The notes under the pieces are model-generated. The model saw only the letters and a program-made list of their open reading frames with translations. It made no database searches and was not told the origin of the DNA. A stretch of DNA of 64,000 nucleotides, from the NCBI GenBank assembly GCA_034006265.1, contig JAVETB010000002.1, forward strand, positions 19,919 through 83,918, in the 5' to 3' direction. The stretch's first letter is position 1; the number at the start of each line of letters is the position of its first letter. Made by a program: the position numbers and the translations under genes. Positions 1 through 11,600 of the stretch are shown here, one piece after another. Origin of the DNA: Syntrophus sp. (in: bacteria) (GTDB taxonomy: Bacteria; Desulfobacterota; Syntrophia; Syntrophales; Syntrophaceae).

Positions 1-2
1 TT

Positions 3-269
3 GCCCTTGGTTCGGGAGGTTACAACGTGCATAAGACAGCCGCCCTCTGGACGCTGGCCTGGGCTGAGTTTTCGGGACTGCAGCCTTGCGACCTTTACTT
101 AGGCCAGGTCGGTGGAATGATGTATGGACCTGAGACTGGCGTCGGACAACTTGATGACCCTCCGTTTGTCGTCCTTGGGCAGGAAAAAGAGCTTTGTACT
201 GATCACACACTGCGTGTGATCGACTTTGTCAAGGACAACATCTTCCCTTTGCACGGAATAAAAGATTGA
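3..269 (+). CDS. 3' end of an AcuC/histone deacetylase-family Zn-dependent deacetylase (5' truncated by window edge)
   Basis: Frame open from position 3 reads ALGSGGYNVHKTAALWTLAWAEF, matching the GGGY + W..AW C-terminal signature of AcuC-like deacetylases; lies directly upstream of a Pat gene. Confidence 0.75.
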   Translation, partial: ALGSGGYNVHKTAALWTLAWAEFSGLQPCDLYLGQVGGMMYGPETGVGQLDDPPFVVLGQEKELCTDHTLRVIDFVKDNIFPLHGIKD

Positions 270-331
270 ACGGCTGGGACACTGCACAGCAAGGTTCACG
301 TATAAAAGACACAGCAACGGAGGATAACAGA

Positions 332-3019
332 ATGAGCCGCATACAAGTGATGTTTGACCCTGAAGCAATAGCCCTGATCGGGGCAACGGATAAGCCGGGC
401 GCGGTGGGAAGAACCATCCTCGAAAATCTGCTCCGGTCAAAGGAACGGAAGATATTTCCGGTAAACCCACTCAAAAAAACGGTATTGGATGTAAAGTGCT
501 ATCCCGCCATCGCGAACGTCCCCGAACATGTGGATCTGGCTGTCGTGGCAACCCCTGCCCGGTCAGTCCCTGAAACGCTTGAGGAATGCGGTCAGGCCGG
601 CGTCGAGGGGGTGGTCATCATCTCTGCCGGGTTCAAAGAAATCGGTGAAGAAGGCAAGCAGTTAGAAAGGGAAATTGACCGGATCAGGAAAAAATATGGG
701 ATGCGCATCATGGGACCAAACTGCCTCGGTTTCGTAAGACCCGCCCTGGGCATCAATGCGACCTTTCTCCGGGGGAATCCTCCGCCTGGAAACATTGCCT
801 TCATTTCTCAGAGCGGCGCCCTCGGCAGCGCAATACTTGATTGGGCGGTCAGCGCCGAGATAGGCTTCAGCCTGTTTGCATCACTCGGTTCCATGGTCGA
901 TATCGACTTCGGCGACATGATTGACTTCCTGGGAGATGACCCGGCTACCAGAAGCATTCTGATCTATATGGAAGGCGTGGGAAACGCGAGAAAATTCATG
1001 AGTGCGGCCCGGGCTTTCGCCAGCCGCAAACCGATCATTATATTGAAGCCGGGGCGATTTGCAGAAAGTGCAAGGGCGGCCCATTCCCACACAGGAGCGA
1101 TGGCAGGGGACGACGCGGTCTATGAAGCAGCCTTCAAGAGGGCCGGTGTTGTGCGGGTCGGGGAAATAGCGGAACTCTTCAATGCTGCCGAGGTTCTCGA
1201 TTCGAAGAGGCTGCCGGCCGGTCCGAGGCTCGCCATAGTCACCTGTGCCGGCGGACCCGGCGTGATGGCCACCGACGCTCTTATGTCCCTGGGTGGAGAA
1301 CTGGCAGAACTCACTGAGGAGAGCATGAAGCAACTCAACGCATTTTTACCATCCTACTGGAGTAAGTCCAACCCTGTTGACGTGCTTGGAGACGCAACCG
1401 TCGACAGGTTCACGAAAGCGCTCACCATATGCCTCGACGACCCCGCAGTGGACGGGGTGCTCGTCATTTACGTACCGATGGACGCTGCCCCTTCAACCCA
1501 GCTTGCGCAAGCGGTGACCGATAAAGCAAAAATTGTCCGGAAGCCGGTCATCACAACGTGGATGGGGGGAAAAGATGTCGAGGAAGGGAGAAACATATTT
1601 GTTGAGAACAGCATCCCGCAATACGACACTCCGGAGGAGGCTGTCAGAACTTATGTGAATATGTGCAGGTACAAGAAAGATCTCGACGAGCTCTATGAAA
1701 CCCCTGACGTGCTGCCGGCGCACGAAGCAACCTCGAAAGATCATCTGACAGAGCTTCTCAAGATGGCCATCAAAGAAGGACGAACGCTTCTCAACGAGGA
1801 AGAGTCCAAGGATTTTCTCATGGCCTACCGTATCCCGGTTACGATGGCCCGGATCGCTCAAGATCCGGATGTGGCGGTAAGTATAGCAGATAAGGTGGGC
1901 TATCCGGTCGTTATCAAGGTCGTCTCACCTGACATCTCCCACAAAAGCGATGTCGGCGGCGTCATCATGAGCATCGATTCAAGCGCCGCCCTGAAGGAAG
2001 CCTATGAGCAGTTGATGATGAGGATGAAGGAACGCGCCCCGAATGCGGCCATAACGGGCGTAGCTGTTGAAAAAATGGTTACCGACATAGATTACGAACT
2101 CATTCTCGGGGCCAAGAAAGACAAGGATTTCGGCTCGGTCATCCTCTTCGGGATGGGGGGAACGATGGCGGAGTTTATCAAAGATTTTTCAATTGGCCTT
2201 CCCCCGCTCAATCAGACCCTGGCAAAGATGTTGATGCAGGACACCAGGGTATACAAAATGCTCCAGGGCTTCCGGGGCAAACCGGCAGCAGATTTCGAAG
2301 TGCTCGAGGAAATCCTGGTCAATTTTTCCAATCTGATCGTCGACTTTCCCGAAATAGCGGAAATCGACATAAACCCTCTCGCCATATCCAATGGCGAAGC
2401 CTCCGCCCTCGACGCGCGAATCATTATTGACAAGAATTATGACGCCACTGGCCGATCGCCTTATCCACACCTGATTATTACTCCCTATCCGACGAGGTAC
2501 ATCACACCCTGGCAACTTTCGGATGGAACCAAAGTTCTTCTGAGACCCATACGGCCTGAGGACGAGCCCGCAGAGCACGAAATGCTCTCTTCGTTGTCTG
2601 ACGAGACCTTGAGGACCAGGTTCTTCTCCATCTTTAAAAATATAACCCATGAGTGGCTTATCCTTTTCTGTAATATCGACTACGACCGGCACATGGCGAT
2701 CGTTGCCGAACTGGAGGAAAATGGAAAGAAAAGTATGATCGGGGTTGCTCGACTGATTATGGATCAGGACCTGACATCCGGCGAAATAGCCATTCTCGTG
2801 CAGGATCGGTTTCAGCGTAAACGCCTTGGATCTAAATTCGTAGAGATGCTTATCGGGATAGCGCGCGAAAGGGGTCTTGGGGTTATCCGGGCAGATGTCC
2901 TCACCGAAAATGAGTCCATGCTCACCGTCTTCAAGCGTTTAGGTTTTACAACTCAATATGTTCCGGGCGGCACGAGTGAAGCCGTGTTGAAGCTGAAAGA
3001 GCAGGAGACTCCGGGATAA
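332..3019 (+). CDS. Acetate-CoA ligase (ADP-forming)-like/GNAT fusion, Pat-type protein lysine acetyltransferase
   Basis: CoA-binding IALIGAT, GPNCLG, SQSGA, SHTGAMAG, ATP-grasp HKSDVGGV and EIDINPL, C-terminal GNAT (LRPIRPED, NIDYDRHMA); GGAGG precedes ATG 332. Confidence 0.92.
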   Translation: MSRIQVMFDPEAIALIGATDKPGAVGRTILENLLRSKERKIFPVNPLKKTVLDVKCYPAIANVPEHVDLAVVATPARSVPETLEECGQAGVEGVVIISAGFKEIGEEGKQLEREIDRIRKKYGMRIMGPNCLGFVRPALGINATFLRGNPPPGNIAFISQSGALGSAILDWAVSAEIGFSLFASLGSMVDIDFGDMIDFLGDDPATRSILIYMEGVGNARKFMSAARAFASRKPIIILKPGRFAESARAAHSHTGAMAGDDAVYEAAFKRAGVVRVGEIAELFNAAEVLDSKRLPAGPRLAIVTCAGGPGVMATDALMSLGGELAELTEESMKQLNAFLPSYWSKSNPVDVLGDATVDRFTKALTICLDDPAVDGVLVIYVPMDAAPSTQLAQAVTDKAKIVRKPVITTWMGGKDVEEGRNIFVENSIPQYDTPEEAVRTYVNMCRYKKDLDELYETPDVLPAHEATSKDHLTELLKMAIKEGRTLLNEEESKDFLMAYRIPVTMARIAQDPDVAVSIADKVGYPVVIKVVSPDISHKSDVGGVIMSIDSSAALKEAYEQLMMRMKERAPNAAITGVAVEKMVTDIDYELILGAKKDKDFGSVILFGMGGTMAEFIKDFSIGLPPLNQTLAKMLMQDTRVYKMLQGFRGKPAADFEVLEEILVNFSNLIVDFPEIAEIDINPLAISNGEASALDARIIIDKNYDATGRSPYPHLIITPYPTRYITPWQLSDGTKVLLRPIRPEDEPAEHEMLSSLSDETLRTRFFSIFKNITHEWLILFCNIDYDRHMAIVAELEENGKKSMIGVARLIMDQDLTSGEIAILVQDRFQRKRLGSKFVEMLIGIARERGLGVIRADVLTENESMLTVFKRLGFTTQYVPGGTSEAVLKLKEQETPG

Positions 3020-3020
3020 G

Positions 3021-3856
3021 GTGAAATGGCCGATGGCCGATTTTGCGGGAGAGCGTTCTTGGGGTTACAACCCCTCGCACATCTTTTCGGTTGAAACCAA
3101 CTACGGAGGCCCTTTGGCGTTCAAGAAATTCGTCAAACGCTCTCACGAGCATCACATTGCGGTAATCCTCGACACCGTTTACAACCATTTGGGCCCCAGC
3201 GACCTCGATCTTTGGCAATTCGACGGCTGGTCCGAGAACAATCGCGGCGGAATCTACTTCGATAACGACGAACGGGCAGAGACGCCGTGGGGAGCTACCC
3301 GGCCCGATTACGGACGTGGCGAGGTCCCGTTCGATTCCCCCTTGACAACGCCTGGATGTGGCTCGATGAGTACCACCTGGACGGTCTACGCTTCGACAGC
3401 ACGATTTACATTCGCACCGCCAATGGCACCGATGGTCCCGGAAGCTACCACCTGCCCGATGGATGGAGCATACTGCAGGAGATCAACAGCCTGGTCACTC
3501 AGAAATTCCCCGGCAGGATCACGATCGCTGAGGACTTGCAGAACAACGATTGGCTCACTAAAGACATCGGAGCCGGAGGCGCGGGGTTCGGTTCGCAATG
3601 GGATGCCGACTTCGTCCACCCCATCCGCCAGGCGGTGATCACCCCCCAGGATGAACAACGCTCGCTCGCGGCCATCCGCTCATCGAAGCCGGTCAAGAAC
3701 GCGCCTCTGAAGATCTATTCGGGGGTAACTGTGATTCCGGGAATTATCCGGACGCACCGCGGCGCCATCACGGTGGAGAGTGAACTGGGACAGTGGAGTG
3801 CCTCCCGTCTTTTTTTCCCTGCATCTGGTGAAGAGTTTCTCCCTAGAGCTACTTGA
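3021..3856 (+). pseudogene. Frameshifted, truncated GH13 alpha-amylase-family (GlgB/TreZ-like) gene fused to a histidine-kinase ATPase-like tail
   Basis: WGYNP and DTVYNH in one frame; WLDEYHLDGLRFD and IAED in another (shift near 3325-3340); no N-terminal domain or region IV; tail GIIRTHRGAITVESELGQ..RLFFP resembles the end of HATPase_c. Confidence 0.85.
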
Positions 3857-4120
3857 TATGGAATGAAAGGAGAACTCCGCTTTTCCACTTCAAACGATCA
3901 ATTCCGTCATCATGAAAAGTGATCTGGATCTGACGATCATATTGCAATCCTGAGCACTTGCTGCCTGGTGCTCCTTGAACGAAAGCATGCCTCACTATGT
4001 TGAGGTTCCACCAAATGCTGAGGGCCGGATGAATCTTTTCATGCCTTCCCCTGTTCCCTCCAGCCAATCTAATCTCCCGTTAATATAGATGAATCCATCA
4101 TTATGAGTTTCCTTTGGCTA

Positions 4121-4137
4121 TTGGCAAGTCATTTGCT
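4121..4137 (+). promoter_or_regulatory. Sigma54 (-24/-12) promoter
   Basis: TTGGCAAGTCATTTGCT: GG-N10-GC spacing with TGGCA and TTGC cores, immediately upstream of the ABM gene. Confidence 0.75.
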
Positions 4138-4151
4138 GTTATCATATTATT

Positions 4152-4457
4152 ATGATCCTTATGACCATACAAATGAAGGTCGGTTCTGAGAAACACACGG
4201 AGTTGTCGCAGGCGATTGCTTCACTGTCCGGTTTCATAAGGATGGAGAAGGGATGCCGGTTTTGCGACTTCTGCCGGAGTATCGAAGATGAAAATCGATT
4301 TTTTCTTCTTGAAAAATGGGATACCTGGGAAAACCTGATGACCCACTTGAAATCGGAACATTTTAGAGTGCTCAGGGGGGCGATGAACCTTCTCAAAGAG
4401 CCCCATGAAATGATGTTCCACACTACTTTAGACCCGAAAGGGTTGGAGAAAATTTGA
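4152..4457 (+). CDS. Antibiotic biosynthesis monooxygenase (ABM)/putative quinol monooxygenase family protein
   Basis: 101 aa with IRMEKGC, FFLLEKWDT and HLKSEHF, the typical ABM pattern. Confidence 0.85.
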   Translation: MILMTIQMKVGSEKHTELSQAIASLSGFIRMEKGCRFCDFCRSIEDENRFFLLEKWDTWENLMTHLKSEHFRVLRGAMNLLKEPHEMMFHTTLDPKGLEKI

Positions 4458-4596
4458 TGGATAAATTGTTTCTTACCGACGTCTTGGCTGCGGTGGTGTC
4501 GTGATCTTGAAAATATTTACGGTACCCATTGAAAAGCAGGACGCCGTCGACCCGAAATTTTTTTTAACAACACATTGGAATGAAAGGAGAAAAAAA

Positions 4597-5151
4597 ATGA
4601 AACAAGCAAGCATGAAAATTCTTTTCGTCGTATGCATGGCCGTGATCATAGGAATTTTACCGGTTTCCTCTTACGCAGCCACAGCCAATGAGATCGATGC
4701 CAGCGTCAATGCATCCCTCGACCGCTTTGTCAAGGAAGTCAAGGGCGCGCAGGAGTTTCTCGATGCCGCTAAAGGGGTTCTTATAATGCCTGGGGTCATC
4801 CAGGGTGGGCTCGTCATCGGCGCTGAGTATGGAGAAGGAGCGTTAAGGATCGGTGGAAAAACGGTCGCTTACTACAACGTCGTTTCCGGATCTTTCGGCT
4901 ATCAGATCGGGGCCCAGAAGAAGGACATCATCCTTGTCTTCATGGATGATGCGGTCCTGGAGAAATTCCGTAACAGTGAAAACTGGCGAGCGGGTGTCGA
5001 TGCCAAGATAACCGTGGTTAATGTAGGCGCTGATGAATCCTTAAACACGATGAAATTCCAGCAGCCTGTTGTCGGGTTTGTCTTTGACCAGAAAGGGCTT
5101 ATGGCCGGCGCCACGATAGAAGGCTCGAAATTTTCCAAACTGAAAAAGTAA
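4597..5151 (+). CDS. Ysc84/SYLF lipid-binding domain exported protein
   Basis: Signal peptide ending SSYA; AKGVLIMP, GGLVIGAEYGEG, GSFGYQIGAQ, GLMAGATIEGSK; AAAGGAG SD before ATG 4597. Confidence 0.85.
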   Translation: MKQASMKILFVVCMAVIIGILPVSSYAATANEIDASVNASLDRFVKEVKGAQEFLDAAKGVLIMPGVIQGGLVIGAEYGEGALRIGGKTVAYYNVVSGSFGYQIGAQKKDIILVFMDDAVLEKFRNSENWRAGVDAKITVVNVGADESLNTMKFQQPVVGFVFDQKGLMAGATIEGSKFSKLKK

Positions 5152-5195
5152 ATAAAAAACAGCTATAAAAGAAGACCACGGAGACAGGCTCCCCA

Positions 5196-5239
5196 CCCCA
5201 CCCACTGCCGGATGAATTTATTGCCGGCAGTGGGTGGGG
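5196..5239. repeat. 16-bp perfect inverted repeat (hairpin)
   Basis: CCCCACCCACTGCCGG (5196-5211) / CCGGCAGTGGGTGGGG (5224-5239), 12-nt loop, no U-tract. Confidence 0.8.
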
Positions 5240-5263
5240 CGAGCACCCAGGAAGGAGGCTCAC

Positions 5264-5413
5264 ATGTTGTGGACAATTGCTTTAATTCTCATCATCCTAT
5301 GGCTGCTGGGGATGGTGACCGGCTATACAATGGGTTATTTCATTCATATCCTGCTGGTCGTCGCCATCGTTGTCATACTGATCAGAGTTATTCAGGGGCG
5401 GAGACCTATTTAG
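5264..5413 (+). CDS. lmo0937-family small membrane protein (49 aa; absent from the ORF track)
   Basis: MLWTIALILIILWLLGMVTGYTMGYFIHILLVVAIVVILIRVIQGRRPI; AAGGAGG SD upstream; W..G..GxxIHILLV..IQGRR family pattern. Confidence 0.9.
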   Translation: MLWTIALILIILWLLGMVTGYTMGYFIHILLVVAIVVILIRVIQGRRPI

Positions 5414-5434
5414 CATTGAAGTTAGCCAATTTTT

Positions 5435-5471
5435 ACCGGATTTCCGGAGGATCGACTTTCGGAAATCCGGT
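5435..5471. terminator. Strong hairpin downstream of the lmo0937-like gene, possible terminator or stabiliser
   Basis: ACCGGATTTCCG / CGGAAATCCGGT 12-bp perfect stem, extendable by G-U pairs; U-tail weak. Confidence 0.55.
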
Positions 5472-5628
5472 GTTAAAAAAAGATTACCCAAAAGTTGAGA
5501 GATGCCGCAGGTCAGTTAACCAAAATTTTCTGTATCTGCCGCTCTTTGACAATCATGATAAGTTTTTGATTCTCTTTATGTTTCATCAATTTGGAGTTTT
5601 CTATTCCAGATAGATCCTCAAAAAAGGC

Positions 5629-8600
5629 TTGAAAGTGAAGTTCAACAGCAAGAGCATTCCCGGGTTTCTGTCCCACTTGTGGGCGAGTCTAAGTAGAAAC
5701 CGTTTGACACAAACGTACGCCTCTTTCGAGACGCCCCTTAGATCGGAGTTGCTCAGCGCCTCCCAGATGGAGCAACACGGCAAGACCCTTGCCGCAGCAC
5801 ACACGTTGAGCGCAGGCCGTCCTTTAGAACAACTGTTGGCGCGGCTGGGTGAGAATGAAGGCATACTCCTTAACGTTCGCGAGCTCATGTCAGAAGCCAT
5901 AAAAGAAAGCCGGAGGATTACCCCGGCAGAGGAATGGCTCCTCGACAACTTCTACCTTATTGAAGAACAGATTCGAACGTCTAAAAGGCACTTGTCAAAG
6001 GGTTACAGCAAGGGACTGCCCTGCCTGAAAAATGGTCCGTCAACAGGTCTTCCCCGTGTGTACGACATTGCCCTGGAGATGATCGCCCACGGCGATGGCC
6101 TGGTGGATCCTGAGAGTCTCGACCGTTTCATAGCCGCCTATCAGACAGTCACCGAGCTCATGCTGGGTGAACTATGGGCCATCCCCATCATGCTGCGCCT
6201 GGCTCTTATCGAGAATCTCCGGCGTGCTGCAGTGCGGATTGCTGCCGGCAGGACCGCCCGGAACCATGCCGATTACTGGGCGGATCAGCTTATTGAAACC
6301 GCCGAGCAGAACCCGAATGAGTTAATCATGGTCATTGCCGACATGGCGCGCTCGAAGCCACCCATGGTCGGTTCCTTTGTTGCAGAGCTTACACGCCGTC
6401 TGCAGGGTCAGGGGCCCGCTCTCACATTGCCCCTTACCTGGATTGAGCAACAGCTCTCCGGGTCAAGTCTTACGATTGAACTATTAGTGCAGTCAGAAGC
6501 CCTGCAACAGGCGGAAGATCAAATTTCGATCAGCAACAGTATCGGCAGCCTCCGGTTCCTGGGTGCCACGGATTGGCGCAAATTCGTCGAAACCATGAGT
6601 GTCGTCGAGCAGACTCTCTGCGAGGATCCGGCCGATGTGTATGGCAGGATGGATTTCGCCACTCGTGATTCATACCGTCACATCGTGGAAAGGATAGCGA
6701 ATAGCAGTCCCTTGTCCGAAAACGAGGTGGCACGCGTTGCGATCCGCCTTGCCGGGGAGGGCGAAGGTAAGGTAACCAGTGACAATCGGGCGAATCATGT
6801 CGGCTTCTACCTCATCGACAAAGGGTTGACTCAACTCGAAGGGCTTGCTGGGGCGCGCCTGTCTTTTTCCGAGGGGATCCGGAAGGTCATTCACCGATTT
6901 CCTTTGTTCTTCTATCTGGGCATGATCGGTGTACTCACCGCGATCTTCACCGGGTATTTGCTTGCAGAGGCCCATTCCGGCGGGTTACGCGGCCGCTGGA
7001 TGTGGATTATCGGCATAATCTCGCTTCTCTCTGTAAGCCAGTTAGCGATAGCCCTGGCAAACTGGCTTACGACACGCCTTGTGGCGCCTCGTCCCCTGCC
7101 CCGCATGGACTTCTCCAAAGGAATTCCGTCGGAATCGGCTACCCTGATCGTGGTTCCTACAATGATCACGAGCACGGAGAGCATCGATCATCTGATGGAG
7201 GCACTGGAGGTCAGATTCCTGGCCAATAGAGACAGAAACCTTCGTTTTGGCCTGCTCACTGATTTTCGGGATGCCGACGAGGAAATCCTGCCTGACGATG
7301 GCCCGCTCCTGGTACTGGCCCGGCAGAGAATCGAAGAGCTGAACGAAAAATACAGAACTTCAAAAAACGACACTTTTTTTCTATTCCATCGGCCACGCCG
7401 CTTCAATCCCCAGGATCAGATCTGGATGGGTTACGAACGCAAGCGGGGGAAGCTTGCGGAACTGAATTCCTTTCTTCGTGGGGGCTCAAGAGAGTGCTTT
7501 TCGCTCATCGTCGGTAATACGGAAGGATTGGAGAAAGCGAAATACATCATTACACTGGACACGGATACACAACTCCCCCGTGACGCGGCATGGCAGCTTG
7601 TGGGAGCCATGGCCCACCCGCTGAACCGCCCGCAATACGATGAAAAGAAGCAACGTGTCTGTGCCGGATACGGCATCCTTCAGCCACGGGTGGCCGTGAG
7701 TCTGCCCAGCACGAACCGGACACGTTATGCCCGCATGTGGGGAAGGGATGCAGGCATCGATCCCTATACCCGTGTGGTCTCTGATGTATACCAGGACCTC
7801 TTTGGCGAAGGCTCCTTCATCGGCAAAGGCATTTATGAGATTGATGCGTTCGAGCGTGCCGTCAGGGGACGTTTTCCTGAGAACCGGATTTTGAGCCACG
7901 ATCTCATCGAAGGATGTTATGCGCGGGCAGGTCTTTTAAGCGATGTTCAGCTCTATGAGGAATACCCTGCTCGCTACAGCGCAGATGTGAGCCGCAGGCA
8001 CCGCTGGATTCGCGGGGATTGGCAGCTTCTTAGATGGCTGCTGCCCGGGGTCCCCGGCCTGAATGTGCGTTTTCAGAAGAATCCCCTCTCACTGCTTTCC
8101 CGATGGAAGCTTTTCGACAACCTTCGGCGCAGTCTCTCGCCTTTGGCGATGACCCTTCTGCTTCTCCTGGGCTGGACCGTTTTACCCATGCCCTGGTTCT
8201 GGACCCTGTCGGTGGTTGGAATCGTCCTGATCCCCTCCTGGATTATGTCTCTTCTGGATCTTTTTCAGAAGTCAGATGATGTCCTTCCCAGTCAGCATAT
8301 TCTCGCCACGATGCGGGGGAGCGGTCTAAACCATGGCCAAGCTGCATTTACCCTCCTCTGCCTGCCCTATGAAGCATTTTTCAGTACAGACGCTGTTCTG
8401 CGCACCATTTGGCGGATGCTCACTGGAAACAAGCGGCTTCTTGAATGGAACCCTTCGGGCGACTCCGATCGCACGAGCCGGAAGGACCTGGCCGGCTCCT
8501 GCCGGACCATGTGGATAGCCCCGGTCATTGCCGTCGTCGCGGCGATTTATCTCGCACTTTCCAGGCTGGAGGCCTTGGTCGTTGCCCTGCCTGTGCTCAT

Positions 8601-11600
8601 CCTCTGGTTTATCTCCCCCGGAGTAACATGGTGGGCCAGTGAACCGCTTGGCCGCCGGAAGGAAAGACTCAGTTCAGAAAATATCAACTTTCTGAGGAAG
8701 ATTTCCCGAAAGACCTGGTGCTTCTTCGAGACCTTCGTCGGCCCGGAGGATCATTGGCTTCCGCCCGATAACTATCAGGAAAATCCCTTTGCCAATGTTG
8801 CCCATCGTACGTCGCCGACCAACATGGGACTTACGCTCCTCGCCAATTTGTCCGCCTGGGACTTTGGCTATATTTCTGCAGGACAACTTCTCGATCGCAC
8901 GAATAATGCACTCCGCACGATGGAAGCTATGGAGTGCTACAAAGGACACTTCTTCAACTGGTATGACACAGAATCTCTGAATCCGCTGCTGCCGATGTAT
9001 ATTTCGACTGTGGACAGCGGAAATATTGCAGCCTGTCTGTTGACATTGCGGGCAGGGCTCACGGCACTCCCTGATGAGAGGATCATGGGATCAAGGGTAT
9101 TTGCCGGGCTCCTCGATACGGCGCGAATTCTTCTGGATGTCGCCGGTAAACCCGTTCCGCCCCGGCTCTCTCGATTGCGAGAAGAGTTGGAGTCTCTTTG
9201 CGCCGCCAGTCCGAATACGCTTGCGGCTGCACGAGAGGTCCTTGGCGGGATCGCTTTGCCTGCCCTGGAAGAACTTCATGGCTTTGACGCCGCCCCGAAC
9301 AGCCTGGCTGCAGAGTGGGCACGGGCCTTTACAGGTCAATGCAGGGCCGCCCTCGATGAGCTGGAATTTCTTGCGCCATGGATCATGCTGCCTCTCCCTT
9401 CCACGCTGCTCGACACCTTCCCTGGTCTCGGTGAAATTCCGACACTGCGAATATTGGCCGATTTTGACAAAGAGTTGCTGCCGGCAATGACAGATCGACA
9501 CGCCGGAACTCCGGAGGAAAGTGCGCATCTTGATGCGCTTCGAGGTGCCATCACGGAGGCAAGCAGCAGGGCCAGGGCGAGAATCGTCGTTATCGAAAAA
9601 CTTGTAGCGCGATCCGGTTTACTTGCCCATATGGATTATGACTTCCTCTATGATGAGACTCGCCATCTGTTGGCTATCGGCTACAACCTCAGTGAAAACC
9701 GACGGGACGCGAGTTACTATGATCTACTGGCGTCGGAAGCGCGTCTTTCCAGTTTTGTCGCCATTGCCCAGGGACAATTGCCCCAGGAAAACTGGTTTGC
9801 CTTGGGGCGCCTGCTCACTACCGCCGGCGGAAAGCCGGTTCTCCTTTCCTGGAGCGGCTCCATGTTCGAATACCTCATGCCTCTCCTCGTCATGCCCACC
9901 TATGAGCAGACACTCCTCGACGAAACCTGTAAGGCGGCTGTGGCAAGACAGATCGAGTACGGGAAACAGCGGGGGGTGCCGTGGGGTATTTCGGAATCCG
10001 GTTATAACATGATCGACGGTCATCTCAATTACCAGTACAGCGCCTTTGGCGTGCCCGGCCTGGGGCTCAAACGCGGGTACTCCGAGCTTGTTATTGCCCC
10101 CTATGCATCAGCTTTAGCGCTCCTGGTAGCCCCTGAAGAGGCATGTAGCAATCTTGAGGAACTCTCCGCTCAGGGCTTTGAGGGAAAGTATGGTTTTTAT
10201 GAAGCCATTGACTACACCCCCTCTCACCTGACCCACGGGAATGAGAGTGCGGTGGTTCGGTCCTTCATGGCCCATCATCAGGGCATGACCCTCCTCTCGC
10301 TGGCCTCTTTGCTCCTCAACCGCCCCATGCAGAGGCGATTCGAGTCAGACCCCTCGTTTCGGGCAATTATGCTGTTGCTTCAGGAACGGGTACCAAAGGC
10401 CACGGCCTTTTATTCACAAACGGCCGAACTTGCCGAGGTGGATGCAGTCTCACATGACGTAGAAGAGATGCCGATGCGCGTTTACGAAAGCCCCGACACA
10501 CCCATACCGGAAGTGCAGTTGTTGTCGAACGGGAGATATCACGTGATGATCACAAACGCAGGCGGCGGTTACAGCCAATGGAAAGACATGGCAGTGACGC
10601 GGTGGCGCGAAGACAGCACCTGCGATAACTGGGGTGCATTCTGTTATATCCGCGACCTTTCAACCGGCGCTTTCTGGTCAACGGCATACCAACCCACCCT
10701 AAAGCCTTCAAAGCAGTACGAAGCAATCTTCTCGGAAGGACGAGCAGAGTTTCGGCGCCGGGATCATGACTTCGACACCCATACGGAGATTGTGATTTCA
10801 CCTGAGGATGACATCGAGATGCGCCGAATCACCATCGCCAACCGGGCGCGGATCCGTAGAACAATAGAGGTAACGAGTTACTCGGAAGTTGTTCTTGCAC
10901 CGCCCGCGCAGGACGCGCTGCACCCGGCCTTCAGCAATCTCTTTATCCAGACCGAGATCATCCGCGAGCAGAGGGCAATACTCTGCAAGCGCCGGCCCCG
11001 CTCCCCTGGAGAACAGTCGCCATGGATGTTCCATCTCATGGCGGTCCACGGGGCCGAGACCGGTGAAGTATCTTATGAGACCGACCGGATGAGGTTTATC
11101 GGCCGCGGGAACACTCTTGCCGATCCGGAAGCGATGAGAGGTTCATCCAGGCTCTCGGACAGTGAGGGCTCGGTACTCGATCCGATTGTAGCGATCCGGC
11201 ATCAGATAACCCTCGATCCCGGGAAATCGGCAACCATCATTATGGTCACCGGGATCACCGAAACCCGGAATGCCTCCCTTGAACTTGTCAGGAAATACCA
11301 GGACCGGCATCTTGCCGATCGTGTCTTTGATCTGGCGTGGACCCATAGCCAGGTGCTGCTGCGGCAGATCAATGCCACGGAAGCCGATGCGCAACTTTAT
11401 GGACGTCTTGCCGCCTCTGTCCTATACGCGAATTTGTCACTACGTGCCCAGCCGGAGACTATCATCAAAAACAGTCGTGGCCAATCCGGCCTCTGGGGAT
11501 ACTCTATCTCCGGCGATCTCCCCATCGTGCTATTGCAGATTGAAGATCTAGCCAACATCAACTTGGTGCGACAACTCGTTCAGGCCCATGCATACTGGCG

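Noticed and set aside
5212-5613. 133-aa ORF-track call
   Set aside because: Overlaps the better-supported 49-aa lmo0937-like gene and two hairpins
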